From: an uncultured delta proteobacterium | Lineage (GTDB): Bacteria > Desulfobacterota > Desulfobulbia > Desulfobulbales > Desulfocapsaceae | Assembly: GCA_963696725.1 (NCBI GenBank) | Contig: CAVOLI010000007.1 | Location: forward strand, 275,285-339,284 | Direction: 5' to 3' | DNA: 64,000 nt | Shown: positions 1 through 7,718 of the stretch, piece by piece | How the letters are laid out: each line of letters begins with the position of its first letter | Position numbering within the stretch: position 1 is the stretch's first letter | Made by a program: the position numbers and the translations under genes | The notes under the pieces: generated by a model | What the model saw: only the letters and a program-made list of their open reading frames with translations | Databases searched by the model: none | What the model was told of the DNA's origin: nothing

Positions 1-80
1 GCATCTGATCGAGGTTGACTGAGAGCCTCCGGAAGCGAAGAGAGGAAACGAGCATCATCACGATAGAGGAAAGACAGAAA

Positions 81-548
81 ATGGCACATTATATTGAAGG
101 AAACCTGAAAGCGGATGGCAAGAAGTTTGGTATTGTAGTTGCCCGGTATAATTCCTTTATCTCCGACAAATTGCTGGACGGCGCTCTTGACAGCCTGGCA
201 CGCTCCGGCGCTCGCGGTGATGATATCGACGTGGTACGTGTACCCGGTGCGTTTGAAATTCCGCTGATCGCCAAAAAGCTGGCTACTGCCGGGAAATATC
301 ACGCCATTATCTGCCTCGGCGTTGTTATCCGCGGCGCAACCCCTCATTTTGATGTGGTTGTCAACGAAGTATCGAAGGGATCCGCCCAGGTTGGCCTGGA
401 ATCAGGTGTCCCGGTACTGTTCGGGGTCCTTACCACCGAAACCATAGAACAGGCGATTGAACGCTCAGGCACGAAAGCAGGAAATAAAGGTGCTGAAGTT
501 GCGGTCGCCGCAATTGAAATGGCAAATCTTGTCGAGGCGCTGAGTTAA
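81..548 (+). CDS. ribH: 6,7-dimethyl-8-ribityllumazine synthase
   Basis: ORF 15..548 has the lumazine synthase core ([37 protein letters not shown]). Start trimmed to ATG 81, preceded by AGAGGAAAG. The TTG at 15 adds 22 non-homologous residues. Confidence 0.9.
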   Translation: MAHYIEGNLKADGKKFGIVVARYNSFISDKLLDGALDSLARSGARGDDIDVVRVPGAFEIPLIAKKLATAGKYHAIICLGVVIRGATPHFDVVVNEVSKGSAQVGLESGVPVLFGVLTTETIEQAIERSGTKAGNKGAEVAVAAIEMANLVEALS

Positions 549-573
549 TTCCTGCCACAAGGGCGCAAACATC

Positions 574-614
574 AAAAAGCCGTACCCGTGAGTGATGGGT
601 ACGGCTTTTTCTTT
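574..614 (+). terminator. Rho-independent terminator-like hairpin after ribH
   Basis: 14-bp perfect stem AAAAAGCCGTACCC (574-587) / GGGTACGGCTTTTT (597-610), 9-nt loop, followed by TTTTTCTTT. Confidence 0.6.
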
Positions 615-630
615 CAGGCAAAGAACGAAT

Positions 631-1062
631 ATGGGCACCAGACGAAAAGCGCGGGAGGCCGCACTGCAATTTCTTTTTCAGGATGATTTTGCCGGCAAAG
701 GCGGCCATGGGGCTGAGGATATAGATGAGCGGTTTGGCCACTTCTGCCTGTTTTACCAGATCAGTCACAAGGCCCGTCCCTACGCGCTTGAACTGCTTCA
801 TGGCATTGCCGCCAGGCGGGATGAGCTTGACCGTATTATTCGTGAAAACGCTGAAAACTGGCGTCTTGAGCGGATTGCCATCATGGATCGCAACCTGCTT
901 CGGATTGGCGCCTATGAAATGGTTTTCGCAGGAGATGTTCCGCCGCAGGTTGCGATCAATGAGGCAGTTGAAATTGCCAAACGATTTGGCAGCGGAGATT
1001 CTCCGGGGTTTGTCAACGGTGTCCTCGATGCAGTAAATACCAACCGGAGCACAGCTGAATAA
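631..1062 (+). CDS. nusB: transcription antitermination factor NusB
   Basis: Translation from ATG 631 starts MGTRRKAREAALQFLFQ, a typical NusB N-terminus. Sits in the canonical ribH-nusB order. The ORF-track start at 592 lies inside the ribH terminator hairpin. Confidence 0.9.
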   Translation: MGTRRKAREAALQFLFQDDFAGKGGHGAEDIDERFGHFCLFYQISHKARPYALELLHGIAARRDELDRIIRENAENWRLERIAIMDRNLLRIGAYEMVFAGDVPPQVAINEAVEIAKRFGSGDSPGFVNGVLDAVNTNRSTAE

Positions 1063-1310
1063 CCCCTGTTTGGCCCGCCAGCTCCGCTTGGGACAGGACC
1101 ATCTGTATTTCTGGTTCTTTTTTTTTATCACCGATTTTCACTTCATTTCCTGCCTTTTTCCCCTGTATTTCCTGCAAACAGCCTGGAGCAAAGCCGGCCG
1201 GATGTTGTGCCCCAAGGCGGATTGCTTGCATTTTCTGGCTATTGTGGGTACATCTAGCGCGGATGGATGATACATTTGTAATTTTTCCGGATCGTGGGGC
1301 GCGGTAACGC

Positions 1311-3440
1311 ATGGCTCAATCTCAAAAAAACGGCAAACCCGGGTTTAAACAGGAATTTGTCGCAATTCTCGGCCTTTTTGTGGCCGCTTTTATGCTGCTC
1401 AGCCTGATTTCAGAGCAGCTTTCCTCTGCTGTGAACTGGTGTGGGGAAATCGGCCGGTTGGTGGCACAACTGCTGCTTGGCTTTACCGGCTGGGGAGCAT
1501 ATCTCTTTGCAGCTCTGATTATCCTTGTTTCCATTCTTTTTTTCAGCCGCCGCCTGTCGTTTGAGCGCCTACCGCAGGTGACCGTTGGTCTTACCGGCGC
1601 GATTATCTCATTTTGCTCGCTGCTTTCATCGTTGACCCTCTACCGTCCCGAGCTTCTGGAGATGGGCGGTTTTCTCGGCAGGACTATTTTTTCGTTTGTC
1701 CACACCATTCTCGGTGACAGCGGGACGATTTTACTGCTGTCGCTTATCCTTCTTGTCTCAATGATGCTTGCCGTTCAGTTCTCACCATACCAGCTGCTGA
1801 CTTTTGTATGGCGCACAATCAGGGCTGTTGTCGGCGGAAGCATTGTTTTACTGAAAAAAGGATTTGAAAAACGGGCCGAGCGGAAAAAGAAAACGGTTAA
1901 GCGGGAATACATAAAACCAACCTTAAAACCCGAACCTGAGGTGGCCTCGTATTCAGGCCAGCCTGTTGTTAAAGAGCTGCCGAAACCTGATCCTTCGGGA
2001 CCGGAGGAAAAGGAGTTCAGTACCGTGCCCGTTGCCAAGGGAAACTGGAAGCTTCCGCCGTTGTCAATTCTTGCCAGAAATGAGCGCATCACCGAAAAGG
2101 TGGACAAGGATGTTTATTTCAAGATCTCCAAGCAGCTTGAGCAGAAACTGAAAAACTTTGGTGTTTCCGGCAAGGTGGTCGGCATATCTCCGGGGCCGGT
2201 GGTAACCACCTATGAATACTCGCCTGCTCCTGGAATTAAAATCAACAAGATCGTCAGCCTTGCAGATGACCTCGCCCTCGGCCTCAAGGCACAGTCTGTC
2301 AGGGTTGTCGGATCGGTCCCCGGCAAGTCCGCACTGGGAATCGAAATCCCCAACGATGTCAGGCAGGTCGTTAATATCAGGGAGCTGCTCTCTTCAGAGC
2401 ATTTCAAGAACCATCGGGCAAAACTTGGCATTGTCCTCGGCCTTGATGTGGTTGGTCATCCGACCTTTACCGATCTTGCCAGAATGCCTCACCTGCTGAT
2501 AGCCGGGGCAACCGGAGCCGGCAAGAGCGTTGCAATCAACGCGATTATCGGATCCATCTTATTCAATGCGACACCGGATGAAGTTCGTTTTTTGATGATT
2601 GACCCGAAGCGCATTGAGCTGTCCGGGTACGAGGGGATTCCTCATCTGCTTCATCCCGTCGTCGTTGAGCCGAAGCTGGCCAGCAGGGCGCTGATGTGGG
2701 GGGTGCGCGAGATGGAGCGGCGCTACCGGCTGCTTGAAGAAGCCAGGGTTAAAAGTTTTGACTCATATAACGAGACAGCGGCGGAAAAGCTTCCCTACAT
2801 TGTCATTATCGTTGATGAGCTCGCTGATCTGATGATGGTTGCGTCGAAGGAAGTTGAAGGAGCCATCGCCCGGCTGGCACAGATGGCGCGTGCCGCCGGC
2901 ATGCACTTGATCCTTGCCACCCAGCGGCCCTCGGTCGATGTTCTGACCGGGTTGATCAAGGCCAATTTTCCCGCCCGGATTTCCTTCAAGGTCGCCTCCA
3001 AAATTGATTCCAGGACGATCCTCGATGCTACCGGAGCGGAACATCTGCTCGGTATGGGTGACATGCTCTTCATGCCGCCCGGGACCTCGACACTTCAGCG
3101 CGTCCATGGAGCCTACATCTCGGAACAGGAAACCTCTGAGCTGGTCAAATTTCTCAAAAGGCAGGGTAATGCGGTGTATGATGATTCGGTTCTGGAGCAG
3201 GTCGAAGAGGATTCGCTTACTGATTCAGGAAACGCCGCGGACTTTGACGAGCGTTATGACGAGGCGGTTGCGGTGGTCTGTGAGTCCGGTCAGGCCTCTA
3301 TCTCAATGGTCCAGAGAAGGCTGCGGATCGGTTACAACCGTGCCGCCCGGATTATTGAAATGATGGAAAAAGAGGGCGTAGTCGGGCCGGCAGACGGAGC
3401 AAAACCCCGCGAGGTGCTGGCACGCAATTCCTACAGCTGA
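1311..3440 (+). CDS. ftsK: DNA translocase FtsK
   Basis: 709 aa with N-terminal TM helices, a Pro/Lys-rich linker, a Walker A motif (GATGAGKS), the FtsK/SpoIIIE motor and a C-terminal gamma winged-helix (ISMVQRRLRIGYNRAARIIE). Confidence 0.93.
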   Translation: MAQSQKNGKPGFKQEFVAILGLFVAAFMLLSLISEQLSSAVNWCGEIGRLVAQLLLGFTGWGAYLFAALIILVSILFFSRRLSFERLPQVTVGLTGAIISFCSLLSSLTLYRPELLEMGGFLGRTIFSFVHTILGDSGTILLLSLILLVSMMLAVQFSPYQLLTFVWRTIRAVVGGSIVLLKKGFEKRAERKKKTVKREYIKPTLKPEPEVASYSGQPVVKELPKPDPSGPEEKEFSTVPVAKGNWKLPPLSILARNERITEKVDKDVYFKISKQLEQKLKNFGVSGKVVGISPGPVVTTYEYSPAPGIKINKIVSLADDLALGLKAQSVRVVGSVPGKSALGIEIPNDVRQVVNIRELLSSEHFKNHRAKLGIVLGLDVVGHPTFTDLARMPHLLIAGATGAGKSVAINAIIGSILFNATPDEVRFLMIDPKRIELSGYEGIPHLLHPVVVEPKLASRALMWGVREMERRYRLLEEARVKSFDSYNETAAEKLPYIVIIVDELADLMMVASKEVEGAIARLAQMARAAGMHLILATQRPSVDVLTGLIKANFPARISFKVASKIDSRTILDATGAEHLLGMGDMLFMPPGTSTLQRVHGAYISEQETSELVKFLKRQGNAVYDDSVLEQVEEDSLTDSGNAADFDERYDEAVAVVCESGQASISMVQRRLRIGYNRAARIIEMMEKEGVVGPADGAKPREVLARNSYS

Positions 3441-3467
3441 ACAATTCATTCGGGTAATTGATTTTCC

Positions 3468-3496
3468 TTGACAATTACCAGGCAACATTTTATAAG
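3468..3496 (+). promoter_or_regulatory. sigma70-type promoter for aprBA (TTGACA-17-TATAAG)
   Basis: TTGACA at 3468-3473, a 17-nt spacer, TATAAG at 3491-3496. It lies about 225 nt upstream of the aprB ATG. Confidence 0.5.
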
Positions 3497-3664
3497 AAAA
3501 CTCTTGGAAAAATGAGTGAGCGTTCATTTTTTTTAAATGGAATTCTCTCAATTATTTCAATGGTTTTATTCGTAGTAATATCAAACAGTTGTTGACCTTG
3601 CGCGAAGGTGTGTCAACGGCTGGGAGAATGTACGTTTGCAGTAAAGGATTTTGTTAAGGTTTAA

Positions 3665-3690
3665 GTGGGCCCTGACTGTTTCAGGGCCAC
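3665..3690 (+). promoter_or_regulatory. stem-loop in the aprB 5' leader
   Basis: GTGG(G)CCCTGA / TCAGGGCCAC forms a 10-bp stem with one bulged G and a 5-nt loop. It lies about 20 nt upstream of the aprB Shine-Dalgarno GAGGAGG. Confidence 0.4.
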
Positions 3691-3721
3691 AACAGTTAAA
3701 ACAAACTGAGGAGGTAGTTTA

Positions 3722-4138
3722 ATGCCAAGTTATGTAGATCCTTCCAAGTGTGATGGTTGCAAAGGTGGTGACAAAACTGCGTGCATGTACATCTGTCCCA
3801 ACGATCTGATGGTTCTGAACGTTGAATCGATGCTGGCTTATAATCAAGAGCCGGATGCATGCTGGGAGTGTTACTCCTGTGTAAAGATTTGCCCGCAGGG
3901 CGCAATCTTTGTTCGCGGCTATGACGACTTCGTACCAATGGGAGGCCAGGTTCATCCGATGAGGTCTTCTGATTCCATTATGTGGACTGTCAAGTTCCGT
4001 AATGGCAACATGAAGCGTTTCAAGTTCCCGGTCCGTACTACGGCTGAGGGTGCTGCCAATGCTTATGTCGGTCAGACAGGTGGAAGCCTGGACGATGAAA
4101 AACTGCTTCTTGAAGCTGATCTTCCGACCCCTAAATAA
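3722..4138 (+). CDS. aprB: adenylylsulfate (APS) reductase beta subunit
   Basis: MPSYVDPSKCDGCKGGDKTACMYICPNDLM... carries two ferredoxin-like Cys clusters typical of AprB. Strong SD GAGGAGG upstream. Followed directly by aprA. Confidence 0.93.
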   Translation: MPSYVDPSKCDGCKGGDKTACMYICPNDLMVLNVESMLAYNQEPDACWECYSCVKICPQGAIFVRGYDDFVPMGGQVHPMRSSDSIMWTVKFRNGNMKRFKFPVRTTAEGAANAYVGQTGGSLDDEKLLLEADLPTPK

Positions 4139-4184
4139 GCTGGATTAGTTAAAATCTGAAATCTTTTATAAAGGAGATTTGAAT

Positions 4185-6203
4185 ATGGCATTACCAAATA
4201 AACCAAAGGGTGAGCTGAAAGCCGTCGTTGATCCAGCAGTTGTCGAAATGGAAGTAGACGCGCTGATCGTCGGTGGTGGAATGGCAGCCTGTGGCGCTGC
4301 TTTTGAGATCAAGAAGTGGGCACCGGCAGACATGAAGATACTGCTCGTTGACAAGGCTTCTCTTGAGCGCTCCGGTGCTGTTGCCCAGGGCCTCTCCGCG
4401 ATTAACACCTATATCGGTGAAAACCCGATCGAGAGCTACGTCAAGATGGTCCGTAACGACCTGATGGGCGTTGTGCGTGAGGATCTGATCTATGATTGTG
4501 GTCGTCACGTTGATGAGTCCGTCAAGCTTTTTGAGGAATGGGGACTGCCCATCTGGAAAAAAGATGCAGAAGGTGAAAACCTCGATGGCGCCAAGCCCGC
4601 TCCGACCCTGCGTGAAGGCGGTACCCCGGTTCGTACCGGTAAATGGCAGATCATGATCAATGGTGAGTCCTACAAGTGTATCGTTGCAGAGCCTGCAGCC
4701 ACCGCACTTGGCTCAGACAATATCCTTGAGCGTGTTTTTATCGTCAAGCTGCTGCTTGACAAGAACAAGCCGAACCAGATCGCCGGTGCAGCCGGTTTCT
4801 CCACCCGTGAGAACAAGGTATACGTCATCAAGTGTAAAACCGCCGTTGTCGCCTGCGGCGGTGCTGTTAACATCTTCCGTCCGCGTTCGACCGGTGAAGG
4901 TAAAGGCCGTGCCTGGTATCCGGTATGGAATGCCGGTTCCACCTACACCATGTGTGCTCAGGTGGGCGCTACCCTGACCATGATGGAGAATCGTTTCACC
5001 CCGGCCCGTTTTAAAGACGGTTACGGTCCTGTCGGCGCCTGGTTCCTTCTTTTCAAAGCGAAGGTTTCCAATGGTCTTGGAGAGTTCTATGCAAACAGTG
5101 ATGCAGTAAAAGACGAGCTTGGGAAATTCATGCCGTATGGTGCCTCCCCTGTCACCCCGACCTGTCTGCGTAACCATTTGATGATCGAGGAAATGAGAGC
5201 AGGACGGGGACCGCTGTACATGGCTACCGACGTTGCCCTGAACGCCTTCCTTGATGATCGTAAAGCGGCTGGAATGGATGAGAAGAACCTGAAAAAATTC
5301 TGGAAGCATCTCGAATCAGAAGCCTGGGAAGACTTCCTGGATATGTCAGTCGGACAGGCAGGTCTCTGGGCCGGTATGAATGTCGAGCCTGAAAAAGTCG
5401 GTTCCGAGATCATGCCGACAGAGCCTTACATGCTCGGTTCTCACTCCGGCTGCTGCGGTATCTGGACCTCCGGTCCGGAGGAAGCCTGGGTGCCTGATGT
5501 GGCCAATGACTCACGCGCTCACAAGTACAAGTGGGGCTACAACCGCATGACCACCGTTGACGGTCTTTTCACAGCTGGTGACGGTGTCGGCGCTTCCGGT
5601 CACAAGTTCTCCTCCGGTTCTCATGCCGAGGGTCGTATCTGTGCCAAGCAGATGGTTAAATATTGTCGCGACAACGCAGATTTCAAACCTGAGCTCAAGC
5701 AGAGCGCGCAGGAGATTGCAGATGAGATCTACGCTCCGGTAAGACTGTACCATGAGTTTGTCGGCGCATCTACTGCAGCCGATGTAAACCCCAACTACTG
5801 TAAGCCTGCCGGGCTGATGATGCGTCTGATGAAGGCTACCGATGAGTACGGTGGTGGCGTTGCTACCTACTACATGACATCCGGTAAGCTTCTCAACATC
5901 TGTCTGGATCTTCTTAAAATGCTGCGCGAAGATGCAGAGAAGATGGCTGCCGGTGATCTCCATGAGCTGCTCCGCTGCTGGGAGAACTACCACCGCATCT
6001 GGTGCGTAGAGGCTCATATCCGTCACATTGAGTTCCGTAAAGAATCCCGCTATCCGGGCTTCTACTACCGCTCAGATTTCCCGACCGTTGACGACGATAA
6101 CTGGAAGTGTTTCGTCAACTCCACCTTCAATCCGGAGAGCAAGGAATGGAAGTGTGAGAAGGTTGAGTGTCTGAACATCTTCGAGACAGATCCGTGGCTG
6201 TAA
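4185..6203 (+). CDS. aprA: adenylylsulfate (APS) reductase alpha subunit (flavoprotein)
   Basis: FAD-binding N-terminus (DALIVGGGMAACGAAFE) in a fumarate-reductase-family flavoprotein of about 670 aa, downstream of aprB. Start set to ATG 4185 (SD AAGGAG at 4171-4176) rather than TTG 4179. Confidence 0.93.
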   Translation: MALPNKPKGELKAVVDPAVVEMEVDALIVGGGMAACGAAFEIKKWAPADMKILLVDKASLERSGAVAQGLSAINTYIGENPIESYVKMVRNDLMGVVREDLIYDCGRHVDESVKLFEEWGLPIWKKDAEGENLDGAKPAPTLREGGTPVRTGKWQIMINGESYKCIVAEPAATALGSDNILERVFIVKLLLDKNKPNQIAGAAGFSTRENKVYVIKCKTAVVACGGAVNIFRPRSTGEGKGRAWYPVWNAGSTYTMCAQVGATLTMMENRFTPARFKDGYGPVGAWFLLFKAKVSNGLGEFYANSDAVKDELGKFMPYGASPVTPTCLRNHLMIEEMRAGRGPLYMATDVALNAFLDDRKAAGMDEKNLKKFWKHLESEAWEDFLDMSVGQAGLWAGMNVEPEKVGSEIMPTEPYMLGSHSGCCGIWTSGPEEAWVPDVANDSRAHKYKWGYNRMTTVDGLFTAGDGVGASGHKFSSGSHAEGRICAKQMVKYCRDNADFKPELKQSAQEIADEIYAPVRLYHEFVGASTAADVNPNYCKPAGLMMRLMKATDEYGGGVATYYMTSGKLLNICLDLLKMLREDAEKMAAGDLHELLRCWENYHRIWCVEAHIRHIEFRKESRYPGFYYRSDFPTVDDDNWKCFVNSTFNPESKEWKCEKVECLNIFETDPWL

Positions 6204-6232
6204 TCTTCTGATGACAGTTCGATCGTGATGTA

Positions 6233-6273
6233 GAAAAATCTCCAGGGGCTTTATGCCTCTGGAGATTTTTTCT
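6233..6273 (+). terminator. terminator/attenuator hairpin after aprA
   Basis: AAAAATCTCCAGGGGC (6234-6249) pairs with GCCTCTGGAGATTTTT (6255-6270), one G-U pair. Flanked by an A-run and a T-run, 30 nt after the aprA stop. Confidence 0.55.
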
Positions 6274-6290
6274 ATGGTAGCATGACTGTT

Positions 6291-6336
6291 TCATTCGGGA
6301 AAACCTGCAAGATTGCTTGCAGGTTTTCCCGAATGA
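6291..6336 (+). promoter_or_regulatory. perfect 21-bp inverted repeat (hairpin or operator) between aprA and qmoA
   Basis: TCATTCGGGAAAACCTGCAAG (6291-6311), loop ATTG, CTTGCAGGTTTTCCCGAATGA (6316-6336), no mismatches. Ends 6 nt before the -35 of the predicted qmo promoter. No U-tract follows. Confidence 0.6.
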
Positions 6337-6341
6337 GGAAG

Positions 6342-6369
6342 TTGACCGCTTTTCTGGTTTATTTATAAT
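6342..6369 (+). promoter_or_regulatory. sigma70-type promoter for qmoABC (TTGACC-16-TATAAT)
   Basis: TTGACC at 6342-6347, a 16-nt spacer, TATAAT at 6364-6369. It lies about 85 nt upstream of the qmoA ATG. Confidence 0.5.
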
Positions 6370-6452
6370 TGGTACCTGAGTATCCTGCAGTGAGAATCTC
6401 GGGGGAGGTATCAATAGTCCAATATTTATAAGCGTAATAATGGAGGAAAGGT

Positions 6453-7712
6453 ATGACTGACGAGCAAGGCACCTCCGGTGCAATTTTGGTCGTAGGCGGA
6501 GGAATCAGTGGGCTGACCTCAGCGCTGGAAGCCGCCGAAGTCGGAAATGATGTTTTTCTCATCGACAAGAACCCCTACTTTGGCGGTCGTGTCGCCCAGC
6601 TGAACGAGTATTTTCCGAAGATGTGTCCGCCGAGTTGCGGGCTGGAAATTAATTTCCGCAGAATCAGGGATAATCGTAAAATACGAACCTATTCAATGGC
6701 CAGCGTGTCATCGATAAGTGGAGGTCCCGGCAATTATGAGGTTGAACTGGAAATAGCACCTCGCTATGTAAACAGCAACTGTACTGCCTGCGGGGATTGT
6801 AACGCTGCCTGTCCGGATGAAATCGACAATCCCTTCAACTTCGGTATGAACAAGTGCAAGGCTGCCTATCTGCCTCATGAGATGGCTTTTCCGAGAAGAT
6901 ATGTGATCGACAAGAACGGTCTCTCTGCAGCGGGTGCGGCTGCGGTCAAGGATGCCTGCAAGTATGACGCCGTTGATCTCGATATGAAGAGGGAGAAGAT
7001 TACCCTCAATGTCGCCTCGATCATCTGGGCTACAGGCTGGAGTCCGTATGATGCCGCCAAGATTGACAATCTCAAGTTCAATGAGTCCAGTGCCATTGTC
7101 ACCAACATGATGGTCGAGAGAATGGCGGCTCCTTCAGGACCGACCGGCGGGAAAATCGTTGTGCCGGGATCAGACAAAGAGCCTGCCTCCATAGCGTTCG
7201 TACAGTGCGCCGGGTCCCGTGATGAGACACATCTCGAATTCTGTTCCTATATCTGTTGTATGGCTACCTTCAAGCAGATGAATTACATCAGAGAACAGTC
7301 GCCGGATGCAAAAATATATGTATTCTATATCGATCTTCGTACTCCTGGGAAGTATGAAAAATTCCGTGAAAAGTTGATGGAGGATGAAAACGCCACGTTT
7401 ATCAAAGGCAAGGTGGCCGATATTGACATTGAGGCCGATGGCACGGTTACTGTTATCGCAGAAAATGCCGTAACCGGTGATAAAATACGTCAGACTGTTG
7501 ACATGGTTGTTCTGGCAACCGGCATGCAGCCGACCATGGCTGAAGGTGGAGTACCCGCTCCATTTAAGCTTGACGGTAATGGCTTTGTCCTCTCTGATGC
7601 GGAAAAAGGCCTGATCGCAGCCGGATGTGCTAAGAAAGCAGCAGATGTCGCTACAACCACTCAATCATCAACAGCCGCTGCCTTAAAGGCAATTCAGGTT
7701 TCCAGGAGGTAA
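6453..7712 (+). CDS. qmoA: quinone-interacting membrane-bound oxidoreductase subunit QmoA (HdrA-like flavoprotein)
   Basis: FAD dinucleotide fold (ILVVGGGISGLTSALEAAEVG) and HdrA-like Cys motifs. Position directly after aprBA and before qmoB/qmoC. Confidence 0.88.
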   Translation: MTDEQGTSGAILVVGGGISGLTSALEAAEVGNDVFLIDKNPYFGGRVAQLNEYFPKMCPPSCGLEINFRRIRDNRKIRTYSMASVSSISGGPGNYEVELEIAPRYVNSNCTACGDCNAACPDEIDNPFNFGMNKCKAAYLPHEMAFPRRYVIDKNGLSAAGAAAVKDACKYDAVDLDMKREKITLNVASIIWATGWSPYDAAKIDNLKFNESSAIVTNMMVERMAAPSGPTGGKIVVPGSDKEPASIAFVQCAGSRDETHLEFCSYICCMATFKQMNYIREQSPDAKIYVFYIDLRTPGKYEKFREKLMEDENATFIKGKVADIDIEADGTVTVIAENAVTGDKIRQTVDMVVLATGMQPTMAEGGVPAPFKLDGNGFVLSDAEKGLIAAGCAKKAADVATTTQSSTAAALKAIQVSRR

Positions 7713-7718
7713 TGAACG

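Noticed and set aside
1-80. Possible 3' end of an upstream gene (in-frame TGA at 16-18) and the TTG-extended ribH start at 15.
   Set aside because: Five codons are too few to identify anything, and the extension is not homologous to lumazine synthases.
430-1131. A 233-aa minus-strand ORF overlapping ribH/nusB. The same applies to many long antisense or overlapping ORFs in the track, such as 18011..18781(-), 20558..21226(-), 24916..25581(-), 31927..32574(-), 39622..40218(-), 51044..51601(-), 55583..56290(-) and 56804..57367(-).
   Set aside because: Each lies entirely inside a highly conserved housekeeping gene on the other strand or frame. Each has low-complexity or Arg/Ser/Pro-rich composition and no SD-start arrangement. 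These are shadow ORFs.
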